Source: a virus
IMG/VR virus record: IMGVR_UViG_3300047494_000229
Span: 10,273-74,272 of that record
DNA length: 64,000 bases
Reading direction: 5' to 3' (one strand)
Below, piece by piece: positions 28,576-37,425 of the stretch (the first letter of the stretch is position 1; each line of letters starts with the position of its first letter). Below the pieces are notes generated by a model that was not told the DNA's origin, did not search any database, and worked only from the letters and a program-made list of their open reading frames with translations. Made by a program: the position numbers and the translations under genes.

Positions 28576-28863
28576 GTGCGATCGCCTGCCACAGGGCAAC
28601 TTAAAATCAAAGCAATGAAGTTCCTTATTTGTAATCATCAAACCCCTGAACAAGTAGCCCAGATGTTGAGGGAGGGAAGGGCAGAAGAAGCGATCGCGCT
28701 TATCCGCCAAACCTACTTCTATAAATCCCCGTATTGTCCAAAATGCGGGGGGAAAATGCGAAAAGACAACAAAACTGGCATTTGCTCAAGATGCCAGAAA
28801 AATAAATTACCTAATTCAAAATACCGGAGGAAAGACCTGCCGGAGAATGAGTTGAGCAACTAG
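28576..28863 (+). CDS. Zn-ribbon protein
   Basis: CPKCG...CSRC. Confidence 0.55.
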   Translation: MRSPATGQLKIKAMKFLICNHQTPEQVAQMLREGRAEEAIALIRQTYFYKSPYCPKCGGKMRKDNKTGICSRCQKNKLPNSKYRRKDLPENELSN

Positions 28864-29007
28864 ATTTGCTTTTTCGGGGTGTAGCCGAATGGAATTTTGG
28901 AAGTTAAAAATACTTAAAGCTACGAGAAATCGTAGCTTTTCACTTTTGGTATCAATGCTGAGGGCGATCGCCTCCCCACTCCGGTAACATAAAATTTTAC
29001 TTTCATT

Positions 29008-29241
29008 ATGAAACCTGAAACCATCCAAGCTATTACTCCTTTGTTCTTGGGGGCGATCGGGGGAGTTTTGGGACTTGCTGTAATTCTCTCGCCACATATC
29101 AGTGATGCAAAGTGGGCAGCAGGTTTTGGACTGGCAGGAACCGCGATCGCTGGGGCTTCTGGTTTAGCTCAAAATAGAAACGCTGAGTCTGCCAACATCC
29201 AAGGAAGTAGCGTTTCTATTGAAAACAAAACTGAAGATTAG
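29008..29241 (+). CDS. Small two-TM membrane protein (holin-like)
   Basis: Two hydrophobic segments and a polar tail. Confidence 0.55.
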   Translation: MKPETIQAITPLFLGAIGGVLGLAVILSPHISDAKWAAGFGLAGTAIAGASGLAQNRNAESANIQGSSVSIENKTED

Positions 29242-29325
29242 CTATCAATTAACAGCTTGCTTTCCATCGCCAAATAGCTCAAGAAAGGAATAAAAATCTT
29301 TGTAATTCGTCGTTTAATAAAAAAG

Positions 29326-29733
29326 TTGAGCGCACGAATTCCTATGAAATTTATTTTATCTGTTTGTCTAACTGAAGATGTTCCAGCTATTAATTACATT
29401 CTTGAAAAGAGTACTTACGTATTAGGGCGGCACTCTAGCTGCGACATTCTAATTCTCGATCGGTTCCTCTCAAGGTATCACTGTACCTTGATTCTGATGG
29501 AACCAAGTAGTACTTGCAAACAGCCTTGTTACATAATCTATGATGGGCTGCTTCTATCGCAAGAGCGAAGTCGAAACGGGATTTGGGTAAATGGAGAAAG
29601 GGTAAAGGTGTTGCGGGAATTAAACCATCAAGACGTAATTACTTTTGGCTCTCAGAGTTTCCCCAAAGCAATTTTCATAATAGATTCTATTGACAAAGAC
29701 AAGGGGACTATCCCGAATGAATTTGAAAATTAG
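29326..29733 (+). CDS. FHA domain protein
   Basis: LGRHSSCDI, SRYHC, SRNGIWVNG, DVITFG. Confidence 0.88.
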   Translation: MSARIPMKFILSVCLTEDVPAINYILEKSTYVLGRHSSCDILILDRFLSRYHCTLILMEPSSTCKQPCYIIYDGLLLSQERSRNGIWVNGERVKVLRELNHQDVITFGSQSFPKAIFIIDSIDKDKGTIPNEFEN

Positions 29734-30187
29734 CAATAAACAAAAATATTTAATATTGACAGTTCTGATTGTGATGGGGGCGATCGCCTGTCTCCAACTA
29801 AACATCAAAATATCCGGTGATTGGGTGGCGATCGCCGGACTGCTATTTGCACTTTGGCAAATTGTGATTGCCATTAATGGGGCTGAGGAAGGGCGAATTG
29901 ATAAATTGCGGGAGGCGATCGCTAAACTGGAAGAAGCTTCTCTTAAGCGCGATTTTTATCACGATCAAGTACTTTCTCAAATCCAGAGGGAGTTGGTGAT
30001 GCTGACTACTCAGTTTGAACATCATCAACAAGCGCACGGACACAAGGGTTTGATTGAGGAAACGCTGAGAATAAAAGATGAGCTTGCTAGACTTGGGGCA
30101 GGTTTGGCAGGGTTGGCGCGATCAGCTGAGACAGTCCGAAGGTTGGAGAGACTTGAAGAAAAAATCAATGCGCTGCAAAATCCGTGA
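29690..30187 (+). CDS. Membrane protein with C-terminal coiled coil
   Basis: Two TM segments followed by a heptad-rich tail. Confidence 0.6.
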   Translation: MTKTRGLSRMNLKISNKQKYLILTVLIVMGAIACLQLNIKISGDWVAIAGLLFALWQIVIAINGAEEGRIDKLREAIAKLEEASLKRDFYHDQVLSQIQRELVMLTTQFEHHQQAHGHKGLIEETLRIKDELARLGAGLAGLARSAETVRRLERLEEKINALQNP

Positions 30188-30259
30188 TTTTGCTCAGGTC
30201 ATGAGGGCGATCGCGTGTCTAGTATAGCAGCGACATGATTTTGGGTAATGGGTAAAAAT

Positions 30260-30418
30260 ATGCACATCAATGTTTCTACTATTCGCCAAGCTTTTCAGCT
30301 AGCTGCCACTTTTATTCTGGATATCGAAACACTTTTTGGTGGTTCGGCTCCTGCACCTAGTGGCAACCTGCAAGCGCCAGAAGCATCGGCTAGCGCTAGT
30401 TCAACTGCCGCTCAGTAA
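30260..30418 (+). CDS. 52-aa Ala/Ser-rich protein
   Basis: Manual translation MHINVSTIRQAFQLAATFILDIETLFGGSAPAPSG...AAQ. Confidence 0.35.
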   Translation: MHINVSTIRQAFQLAATFILDIETLFGGSAPAPSGNLQAPEASASASSTAAQ

Positions 30419-30608
30419 TCCTTAATCCTTGTTGATGGGCGATCGCTGCTAGGCGTTCTATGTCATTAGCGATCGCCACTCCTACTTGTGCAGAAGTGAT
30501 TGGCAAGATTTCTATAGCCAAAATCTTCGTATTCTACCCACCTGATAGATTTGCTTTTAAGGACTTTTTCTCTAGGTAGTAGAGACTTTTCAGTTAATAA
30601 GCTATAAA

Positions 30609-31505
30609 CTACATTCTTCTTTGAATTGCGGCATTAATCACTTCTTGACTACTAGAAGAACTGGTGATGTTTGCCAAATTCAGGAATAAGTTTACTTTAT
30701 CCCTAGCCTGCTCAAATGTTAGTCTTGGCGGATTATTGATCACCAACTTGACTAAATCTGAGTACCAGTATCGGGGCGATCGCAAAGTCAACCCCGCATC
30801 AATAACTTTCTCGCGCCACCCATCTTCGGGCAGGATTTCTTGGTCTTCTTTCCCCAAATACCAATGTTTGCTAACTTGGGGCATCCAAGACCCCATATTC
30901 GCATCACAATACCTTAACCCTTTCACATCCATGAAATCATATCCCATCGCCTTGATTTCTCTAAGAAACGACAATTCAGAAACCCCAGCAATATAAGGAT
31001 GGCAGATGGGAAGAGTTAAAACTCCGTAGTCCTTTGCCAACTGCAAAGTTTTGAGGTGCTGTTTAACCGTAAACCGTTCAATAGGCGGTTCATTTCCAGT
31101 GATGCCCAAGACAAGGGCAAAATTGGGAATTTTGGCAAGCCTCGACATAATGCGATCACTAATTGTCCATTTGCTGACACAAGTAATGAGCTTGGCGATA
31201 GGCGAAACTTTCTCAACCCAATGCCACAAATACTCATCAAGTACTGGGAAAAATGGATCTGTGATGGCTGTGAATCCAACGATATCCCCAGCCAGGATAC
31301 CCCACGGAAAACTATAAAAACGTTCTTGCTCTTGGGGATTGTCCTTAATGAAGGGAGAAACATTAACAAAGCTACAAGCCTTGTTAATGCCCGCAATTGG
31401 GTTCTTATTCCACACCTCCCGACGGGTGTCATGCTCTGTTATAAAGCAATATTTGCAAGCCACGGGGCAAGCAGATTTGCCGACTTCAAAACGGAAGGAT
31501 TGCAT
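30609..31505 (-). CDS. Radical SAM protein, SPL/photolyase-like fold
   Basis: CPVACKYCF (CX3CX2C), TDPF, SKW, P.IAG. Confidence 0.85.
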   Translation of the reverse strand: MQSFRFEVGKSACPVACKYCFITEHDTRREVWNKNPIAGINKACSFVNVSPFIKDNPQEQERFYSFPWGILAGDIVGFTAITDPFFPVLDEYLWHWVEKVSPIAKLITCVSKWTISDRIMSRLAKIPNFALVLGITGNEPPIERFTVKQHLKTLQLAKDYGVLTLPICHPYIAGVSELSFLREIKAMGYDFMDVKGLRYCDANMGSWMPQVSKHWYLGKEDQEILPEDGWREKVIDAGLTLRSPRYWYSDLVKLVINNPPRLTFEQARDKVNLFLNLANITSSSSSQEVINAAIQRRM

Positions 31506-32007
31506 CTAATATCTCCGAAAATACTGAATCTTGATCAAGTTCACCATTGATGGTGATTAATTTGTTTTTTTGTTGCCAAAACTCTAGTAACGGAGGAAGG
31601 CGATCGCTCTCTAGCAATAGTCTTTCCGCGCTACTTAGTTCATCTCCTCTAGCTCGAATTTGACAACGTAATACTGCAATATTTGGGGAAATTTTAAGAT
31701 AGATAACAAAATCTACCTCTTGAACGACTTTGGCTTGATTGATATTGCGAGGAAAGCCATCGATTATCCAAGAATTTTTAGCACATATTGGCTTGGCTAT
31801 TTCAATGGCGATCGCGTCTGGCAACGGAAGCCAAGTTTTACTATCGCCCCAATACGAACTAATTCTTTGGCTGAGTTCGGTTTTATTTTGAAATTCCGCT
31901 CTCACTAAATCCCCCATACTATAATGGAGGACTGTATAAAACTCAGATAGATTCTTACCCTGAGTGCTTTTTCCAGCACTGGGAAGACCTAAGAGAACTA
32001 TCTTCAT
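31486..32007 (-). CDS. Adenylate kinase-like nucleoside monophosphate kinase
   Basis: GLPSAGKSTQ P-loop, SMGDLVR, IIDGFPRNINQA. Confidence 0.88.
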   Translation of the reverse strand: MKIVLLGLPSAGKSTQGKNLSEFYTVLHYSMGDLVRAEFQNKTELSQRISSYWGDSKTWLPLPDAIAIEIAKPICAKNSWIIDGFPRNINQAKVVQEVDFVIYLKISPNIAVLRCQIRARGDELSSAERLLLESDRLPPLLEFWQQKNKLITINGELDQDSVFSEILDAILPF

Positions 32008-32171
32008 TTGTTTTTTGTAGTTAAACTAGCAACGGCGCTAGCGACCTCTGGATTTTTTGAAATCGTTTCCTTGTCTCCCTGACATTGACTACATCCGCAA
32101 TCAGCACCGTGATCTTGCACGTTTGCGATCGCTTCACAAACCTGCTTAATTTGATTAACTTCTTTTGACAT
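32004..32171 (-). CDS. 55-aa HxxxCxCxxC microprotein B (not in ORF track)
   Basis: MSKEVNQIKQVCEAIANVQDHGADCGCSQCQGDKETISKNPEVASAVASLTTKNK; GGAG RBS; ATGA overlap with the kinase. Confidence 0.85.
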   Translation of the reverse strand: MSKEVNQIKQVCEAIANVQDHGADCGCSQCQGDKETISKNPEVASAVASLTTKNK

Positions 32172-33366
32172 TAGCTATCTCCAAAATTTGTACAGGACTC
32201 ATACCCACTGTTACTTGTAGTTCGGGAGGCAAGACATCCTGAAACATCGACAAAAAACAGTAGGCGCATTTTAAGCATTTATTCTTAGGGATATACTCAC
32301 TCCAAACCATCCAGCTATTGACTGCATATAAATCATTGGCTAGCCCAAAGCGCGGGTGTAGCCGAATGTTAGAATTTTCACCTGGTGGAATTGCGGGGTC
32401 TGTTGCTAGCATTCCCCCGGTGATAAACCGAGCAAAGCTCATCTCGCCCCAAGAGGGCATTTTGTTATCCCAAGTGCGAATATTGATGTAAGGCATCCCC
32501 ATGTCGGGAGCTTTTGGGCAGTTTGTGCAGCACAAGCTACACTGCGATCGCACTTCTACCGCGCATTTTTGATATCTTTCTGATGCTGTATGCACTTCAA
32601 CTTGAAAGCCCAAATAACGCAGCAATTCCACACTATGCGGAACTGGCTGCACAAATTGAGCAGTTCCTGCACAAGAATCAGAAATAGGACAAGAATTGCA
32701 ATCAACAAAGTTTGGCGCGTTGTAATACGGCGAGAGCGATCGCTTTTTTTCTGACAACGCCGTAACCGCGCACTGGGTTCTAGTCCAATATGGGACTTTT
32801 AGCCATTGGGCTAATTCCCGCATATATCCTGATGTTGCCTGCGGGGTAATTTTGAGTGTTCGCATCCACTCTTGGTTGTCAGGTGCAGAGATACCCTGCA
32901 TCCCAGCGTCTCTAACAACTTGTTCATCACCACGGAAGCCACTTGAGACAACCGCGTGGCATCCCGCATCAACCGAACGTGTAAACATCTCTTTGATAAC
33001 CCGTGGATCATCGTTGAGAGTGTGAATAATTGGGCGAATATAGGCGATCGCCTTTGCTCCCGACTCACGCGCAGCACTCAAAGTCTTGTACCTTGATTCA
33101 GTTGGTGCTGGCTCCATCTCCTTGGGAAGGTGGGAGATGGAAGCAAATACAAACAAGTTTAAATTAGCTGCCCAATATTTCAAGCGCTCTCGCCACCAAG
33201 GGCTAGACAAATCGCCTTTGGTAATCAGGGCAACTGGCCCCGTATGGTGATCGCTCACCAATTGATTCAATTTAGCTGCTGTACTTTCCCTCAAAATAGA
33301 GGGATCAGCCAAATTATTTACACTGACGGGCAAATCTCTGAGCAATCTTAGCCATTCTTCCTGCAT
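32155..33366 (-). CDS. Radical SAM-like Fe-S protein, apparently circularly permuted
   Basis: SPL-like core (LADP, ITKG, SIS...EP...R..TL, RPII...ND) with no N-terminal Cys triad; CLKCAYCF near the C-terminus; extra Cys clusters. Confidence 0.65.
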   Translation of the reverse strand: MQEEWLRLLRDLPVSVNNLADPSILRESTAAKLNQLVSDHHTGPVALITKGDLSSPWWRERLKYWAANLNLFVFASISHLPKEMEPAPTESRYKTLSAARESGAKAIAYIRPIIHTLNDDPRVIKEMFTRSVDAGCHAVVSSGFRGDEQVVRDAGMQGISAPDNQEWMRTLKITPQATSGYMRELAQWLKVPYWTRTQCAVTALSEKKRSLSPYYNAPNFVDCNSCPISDSCAGTAQFVQPVPHSVELLRYLGFQVEVHTASERYQKCAVEVRSQCSLCCTNCPKAPDMGMPYINIRTWDNKMPSWGEMSFARFITGGMLATDPAIPPGENSNIRLHPRFGLANDLYAVNSWMVWSEYIPKNKCLKCAYCFLSMFQDVLPPELQVTVGMSPVQILEIANVKRS

Positions 33367-33815
33367 AATTTAAAAGACTCCTTTGGATATACAAGACAAT
33401 GTGGGTCGCTGAAGGGGATGAACGGATTGTGCAGGCTCTCAACCACCAATCCCTCATTCCCTGATTTAAATGTGTGGAGTATCCCCCTTGGCATCCACAC
33501 CCGGATACCGGGATGGAGAGGATAATGCAGAATATTTTTGTCTCTATAACAGACAAACTCGCCACTACCTTCAAGGACAGTTACTCTGCGATCGCTCTTG
33601 GGATGAGTGTGGAGGCGATTATCTTCTGTCGATTCCGGGGGGAATCGGACAATTAGCTGGCCCAACTCTCCCCACACTGCCTTGATTAGCAGGGCTTCCA
33701 TGTATTCTTCGTAGGCTACCCAATCGCCTTGAGGGATTGGCGCACAAGAAAGTTCAACTTTTTCAACGCCGCCACGCTTCCAATTTTGACGGCATTGTTC
33801 AGCAAAATTAATCAA
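33348..33815 (-). CDS. Cupin domain protein
   Basis: LHTHP...VTVLEGSG and MPRGILHTF. Confidence 0.85.
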   Translation of the reverse strand: MINFAEQCRQNWKRGGVEKVELSCAPIPQGDWVAYEEYMEALLIKAVWGELGQLIVRFPPESTEDNRLHTHPKSDRRVTVLEGSGEFVCYRDKNILHYPLHPGIRVWMPRGILHTFKSGNEGLVVESLHNPFIPFSDPHCLVYPKESFKLCRKNG

Positions 33816-33872
33816 AATTTACTCCTTTGACCGCAAATGGAATAGATTTTTCTCTATTAATTAAATCCACTC

Positions 33873-34124
33873 TTATCTCCAAACAAAATAAGTTTTCTTA
33901 ATATCATCATCACTTCCCTCCACGAATTCTTCTTGTCTCTTGCTTGAGAAGCTGTGCAGACTTAACAACAGCGTCCCGATCACACCTTTTCTGTGCTGCT
34001 GCTGAAAACTGCGCCACTGAAGGCGGTTTTGAACTCTTTCTCTAGCATCAATAAGGTTATTTGTATCTTGGTAGTTCATTTCTGCTTCTACTTCAGCAAG
34101 TAAATCAGTAAAAAAATCAGACAT
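33873..34124 (-). CDS. Hypothetical protein
   Basis: Operon-packed ORF. Confidence 0.5.
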   Translation of the reverse strand: MSDFFTDLLAEVEAEMNYQDTNNLIDARERVQNRLQWRSFQQQHRKGVIGTLLLSLHSFSSKRQEEFVEGSDDDIKKTYFVWR

Positions 34125-34557
34125 TACGTACTCCTTCGCTTAATAATTTAAACCCTAACTTCAATCGCTCTTCCCATTTCTTGGTAGCGTGGTTATCCCA
34201 GACTGGGTTGCTTTTACTCTTAATCCAGTTTTCGCTTTTGTGACTGCGATCATGGCAAGCTTTACAAAGGGGGAAAACAGTAACACCAGGGCGATCACTC
34301 CCATACTTTGTGTGATGAACTTCAGTTGAATTTCGCTTCAGGCAACAACAGCAAAAACCTTTAGTGGACTTATGGGTGATCGCGCACAACTGTTTATATT
34401 TTTCTAAATCCCCATAGCGATCGTCCCAGCTTAATCCAATCCCAGTTCTTTTAGTAGATACTCTAGCCCTCGGTCGTTTAGTTGTTTTCCTGTTAGCTCT
34501 TCCCACTTTGCCCTTACTTGTTCTCGGTTTGGCAATTGAAGTTGTGCGTTTAGCCAT
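34117..34557 (-). CDS. HNH endonuclease-like protein
   Basis: CCCC...EVHH..YG...PLCKACHDRSH. Confidence 0.75.
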   Translation of the reverse strand: MAKRTTSIAKPRTSKGKVGRANRKTTKRPRARVSTKRTGIGLSWDDRYGDLEKYKQLCAITHKSTKGFCCCCLKRNSTEVHHTKYGSDRPGVTVFPLCKACHDRSHKSENWIKSKSNPVWDNHATKKWEERLKLGFKLLSEGVRNV

Positions 34558-35948
34558 TGTTTGATTTCCTCAAGCCAGTCAGTACTAGGCTGTGGCGATT
34601 GTTTTTCCCTCTGTTTTTCGCTCGCCCCTGCCTTAATTTTGGGGATAGCTTCAACAAAAGGCTGTCCAACATTAGGAATACAAACGCAACAACGAGCGTC
34701 CTTACCAATCCAATAATTTAAATCACTTTGCAAATCAGGAGCGATCACCTTGAATGGGAAACCTGGGTCTTGCACCCATTTTAAAGCTTCGTTGCCCACA
34801 ACTAACCGAGTAGCCGAGTTGAGGTCAGACCGACTAAATCCGTTAGTTGTAGACAAAGGAGACTGCCCAATTATTACCAGAGTGAAGTTATAGGCAGCTG
34901 CTTCCTTGAGGATGCGTAATGTCATTGAGCGAATCTCAACTGCGTCATCTTTAGGGATTATGTCGCCGTAACCTTTGCCTTCACCCCAGATAGAATCCCA
35001 CTCGTCAATTATCAAAACGTAGCGTGGGAAATCAGGGTGCGAGATACCCTTCTCTTCAGCCTCAACACACTGCTTTTTCCGAATATCAAGCGCCTTAATA
35101 GCTGTCTCCACACCAGCTTTTACCTGCTCAAAGCCAATGAAGCTAGGTTTAATTGTCCATCTGGTTTTTGGGTATTTGGGGTCAATTAGGTTGGTTACGA
35201 GCTTGCTACCATTGTGAGCGATCGCCTGATTGAGTAAATCTAGAATGCAGCTAAATAGTGTAGATTTCCCTGATTGCGAACCACCATCAATTTTTAAATG
35301 GTGATGCTTGCGGCGATCGGGGTCAATTTCTGCCATCTCTTCAACAAGCGCATAAATCCAATCCATGTTGGCCACAGGGTCGGGTTCTGGCTCGTATTCA
35401 ACAGATTCAGGAGACGCATTGCTCGATACCCATCCCGGAACAGAGGGGGAAGTGGGGGCATCAACAGTAACAGACGGCAATATCCCTTGTAGCCCAAACA
35501 TAACAATCCATCTCTGCTGCTCATGCAATGGTTTTTGAGCAATATAAGCTGCTAATTCCCTTTGCGCCTCCATTCGCTGTGTCGCCGTATTAAAAGTTAA
35601 CTCTGATTTTAGCCCTTCTTTGAGCATCAAATTTTGAGCATCACTCAGTGACTGGTACAAACGTTCTTTTTTCTGACGCAGATAAGCACAACTTGTAAAA
35701 GCTGCCCCGCTAGTTACGCCGTAGAGCATTTGCAGGAGTTTTGTTACTTTGTCTTGCTGAGGAATCAACACCGGAGAGAAGGTACAGGCGATCGCCCCTA
35801 GCGCCAATCCTCCCATAATTAAGCGTTCGGCGTTGACTTGGCGTTCAATTAAGGTTTGTAATCCCTGAAAAATATTAGTTGACTGCTGCATAAACACCAC
35901 ACACCACGGCGATAATTGCAATTGTCCCAAGGGCGATCGCGGGAGCAA
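34431..35948 (-). CDS. Membrane-anchored FtsK/TrwB-like P-loop ATPase (true start probably ~35890)
   Basis: Two N-terminal TM segments, Walker A GGSQSGKST, IDPK, Walker B LIIDEW, GQS. Confidence 0.8.
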   Translation of the reverse strand: MLPRSPLGQLQLSPWCVVFMQQSTNIFQGLQTLIERQVNAERLIMGGLALGAIACTFSPVLIPQQDKVTKLLQMLYGVTSGAAFTSCAYLRQKKERLYQSLSDAQNLMLKEGLKSELTFNTATQRMEAQRELAAYIAQKPLHEQQRWIVMFGLQGILPSVTVDAPTSPSVPGWVSSNASPESVEYEPEPDPVANMDWIYALVEEMAEIDPDRRKHHHLKIDGGSQSGKSTLFSCILDLLNQAIAHNGSKLVTNLIDPKYPKTRWTIKPSFIGFEQVKAGVETAIKALDIRKKQCVEAEEKGISHPDFPRYVLIIDEWDSIWGEGKGYGDIIPKDDAVEIRSMTLRILKEAAAYNFTLVIIGQSPLSTTNGFSRSDLNSATRLVVGNEALKWVQDPGFPFKVIAPDLQSDLNYWIGKDARCCVCIPNVGQPFVEAIPKIKAGASEKQREKQSPQPSTDWLEEIKQWLNAQLQLPNREQVRAKWEELTGKQLNDRGLEYLLKELGLD

Positions 35949-36165
35949 ATCCTAAAACCATTTGCCACTGGTCAATATATGAATATCCTTGGTCATAGCG
36001 TTTACACCAGTTTTCATATCCAGTTACCAGAATACCGATAAAGCCCAAAACTAAGATTAATAATGCACCACCACGAGCTATTGGGAAAGCAGCGGCGATA
36101 TAGCCGAATAGTTGAAATAGGGAATACCCAGTGAGCAACATTCCTCCCCAGAATAGTGTTTTCAT
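35875..36165 (-). CDS. Small three-TM membrane protein
   Basis: Hydrophobic segments. Confidence 0.65.
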   Translation of the reverse strand: MKTLFWGGMLLTGYSLFQLFGYIAAAFPIARGGALLILVLGFIGILVTGYENWCKRYDQGYSYIDQWQMVLGFAPAIALGTIAIIAVVCGVYAAVN

Positions 36166-36587
36166 CAGAAATTAATTATCTCCGCAGCCCGTTGCATCTC
36201 AGAGTCAAAGCCAGATAAATTTGCCTTATTTTCAGCAACTCCTAGATGGAATCGGGTGATTGCCTTACTTTGCTGTGCATCGAGTTGCTGCACTTCCCTT
36301 TCAATTTTCATCATTGCTTTGGAATGCTCAACTCGAGTTTTGAGAATCGCAACCAAGTTGCCAGCAACGCGTTGTTGATGCCTGGAAAGCTGTGCCAATA
36401 ACTGAGATTGTGCTTCTGTTCGCCCTGCCATCCCTGAAGCTTCCACTACAGTAGAAGCGTTGGTTTTAGTTGGCAGGACAGCGCGACTTGCTAGAAGGCG
36501 TTTTTCATTCCCGACAATCTTTGTGGGGTCAGACCCAGTACCCAAAGATGAGGAGCGATCGCCCCCACCGCCAAAAATACTTAACAT
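36165..36587 (-). CDS. Coiled-coil protein
   Basis: Operon-packed, helical. Confidence 0.6.
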   Translation of the reverse strand: MLSIFGGGGDRSSSLGTGSDPTKIVGNEKRLLASRAVLPTKTNASTVVEASGMAGRTEAQSQLLAQLSRHQQRVAGNLVAILKTRVEHSKAMMKIEREVQQLDAQQSKAITRFHLGVAENKANLSGFDSEMQRAAEIINF

Positions 36588-36874
36588 TGCCTCTCCTGTT
36601 GATGACTAAAATTTGAAATTCCTCGCATCACTGAGAGCGTGACGCAAAATAAACCAAGAAGAATCATAAATGCAGTGATCGCCCCTATCCACTTAGAATC
36701 TGCCGTTGTCATTCGCTCCACTTGATTGGTCAATTGCTTCCTGTAATCGCTGGCGTTTACTAGGCTTTGTACGACTTCCATCTGTTCGGGCGTTGTTATT
36801 TCTCCCGTAAAAGATAACTGTCCGCTGGGGTGGAGCGTAAATTGGATTGCTTGCTGAGTTTTGACTTGCTCCAT
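36581..36874 (-). CDS. Single-TM protein
   Basis: C-terminal hydrophobic helix. Confidence 0.6.
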   Translation of the reverse strand: MEQVKTQQAIQFTLHPSGQLSFTGEITTPEQMEVVQSLVNASDYRKQLTNQVERMTTADSKWIGAITAFMILLGLFCVTLSVMRGISNFSHQQERQC

Positions 36875-36942
36875 AAATTAGAGATGTGGCGACAATTGCG
36901 AGTAAAAAGAAATGGGCGATCGCTATCGGTACAAGCCATTTA

Positions 36943-37425
36943 CTAGGCTGCGTTTGTGCCGATACTCGGGAAAATAGCTTGAGCGATTTCGTTACCGAGT
37001 TGGCGAAATCCCTCCGGATCTCCCTCGTAATCTTGGGCTAAATCTGCAAAGTATTGTACTGATTGGTTAGGAACGTTTGCCAAAGCATCAAGCATTTTTT
37101 GGGCTTGAGCTTGGCTGTATTGCTCTGCTCCCTGTTCAATAGCGTTGGTTAATTCGTTTAGATCAAGAGTTGTTTGGTGAGCAACTTTTTTGATAGCTGC
37201 GTCTAAATTGTTGGGAGACTTGGGCGATCGCTTGCTCTTGGCTGTGGCTTTCCCGCTTTTGGATTGAGTAATCTTGCTATTACCGATTAAAGCGTTAGCT
37301 AAGTTAACTACCTCTGTATCGCCAATAGCGTCGGGGTCTATCCCTCTACTTTCAACATAATGGCGTAACTCTTCATCTGTTCTACTTACGCCATTAGACT
37401 CAAGAATTGCCTTTAATTTTTCCAT
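36943..37425 (-). CDS. Hypothetical helical protein
   Basis: Operon-packed ORF. Confidence 0.6.
   Translation of the reverse strand: MEKLKAILESNGVSRTDEELRHYVESRGIDPDAIGDTEVVNLANALIGNSKITQSKSGKATAKSKRSPKSPNNLDAAIKKVAHQTTLDLNELTNAIEQGAEQYSQAQAQKMLDALANVPNQSVQYFADLAQDYEGDPEGFRQLGNEIAQAIFPSIGTNAA

Noticed and set aside
30260-30418. Double-glycine RiPP precursor (LFGG) for the adjacent radical SAM genes
   Set aside because: It is on the opposite strand, no peptidase/transporter is present, and the leader match is weak
30609-32007. Radical SAM plus kinase as a canonical prokaryotic viperin
   Set aside because: The motifs resemble SPL-type enzymes, not the viperin CNYxCxFC/GGEP pattern
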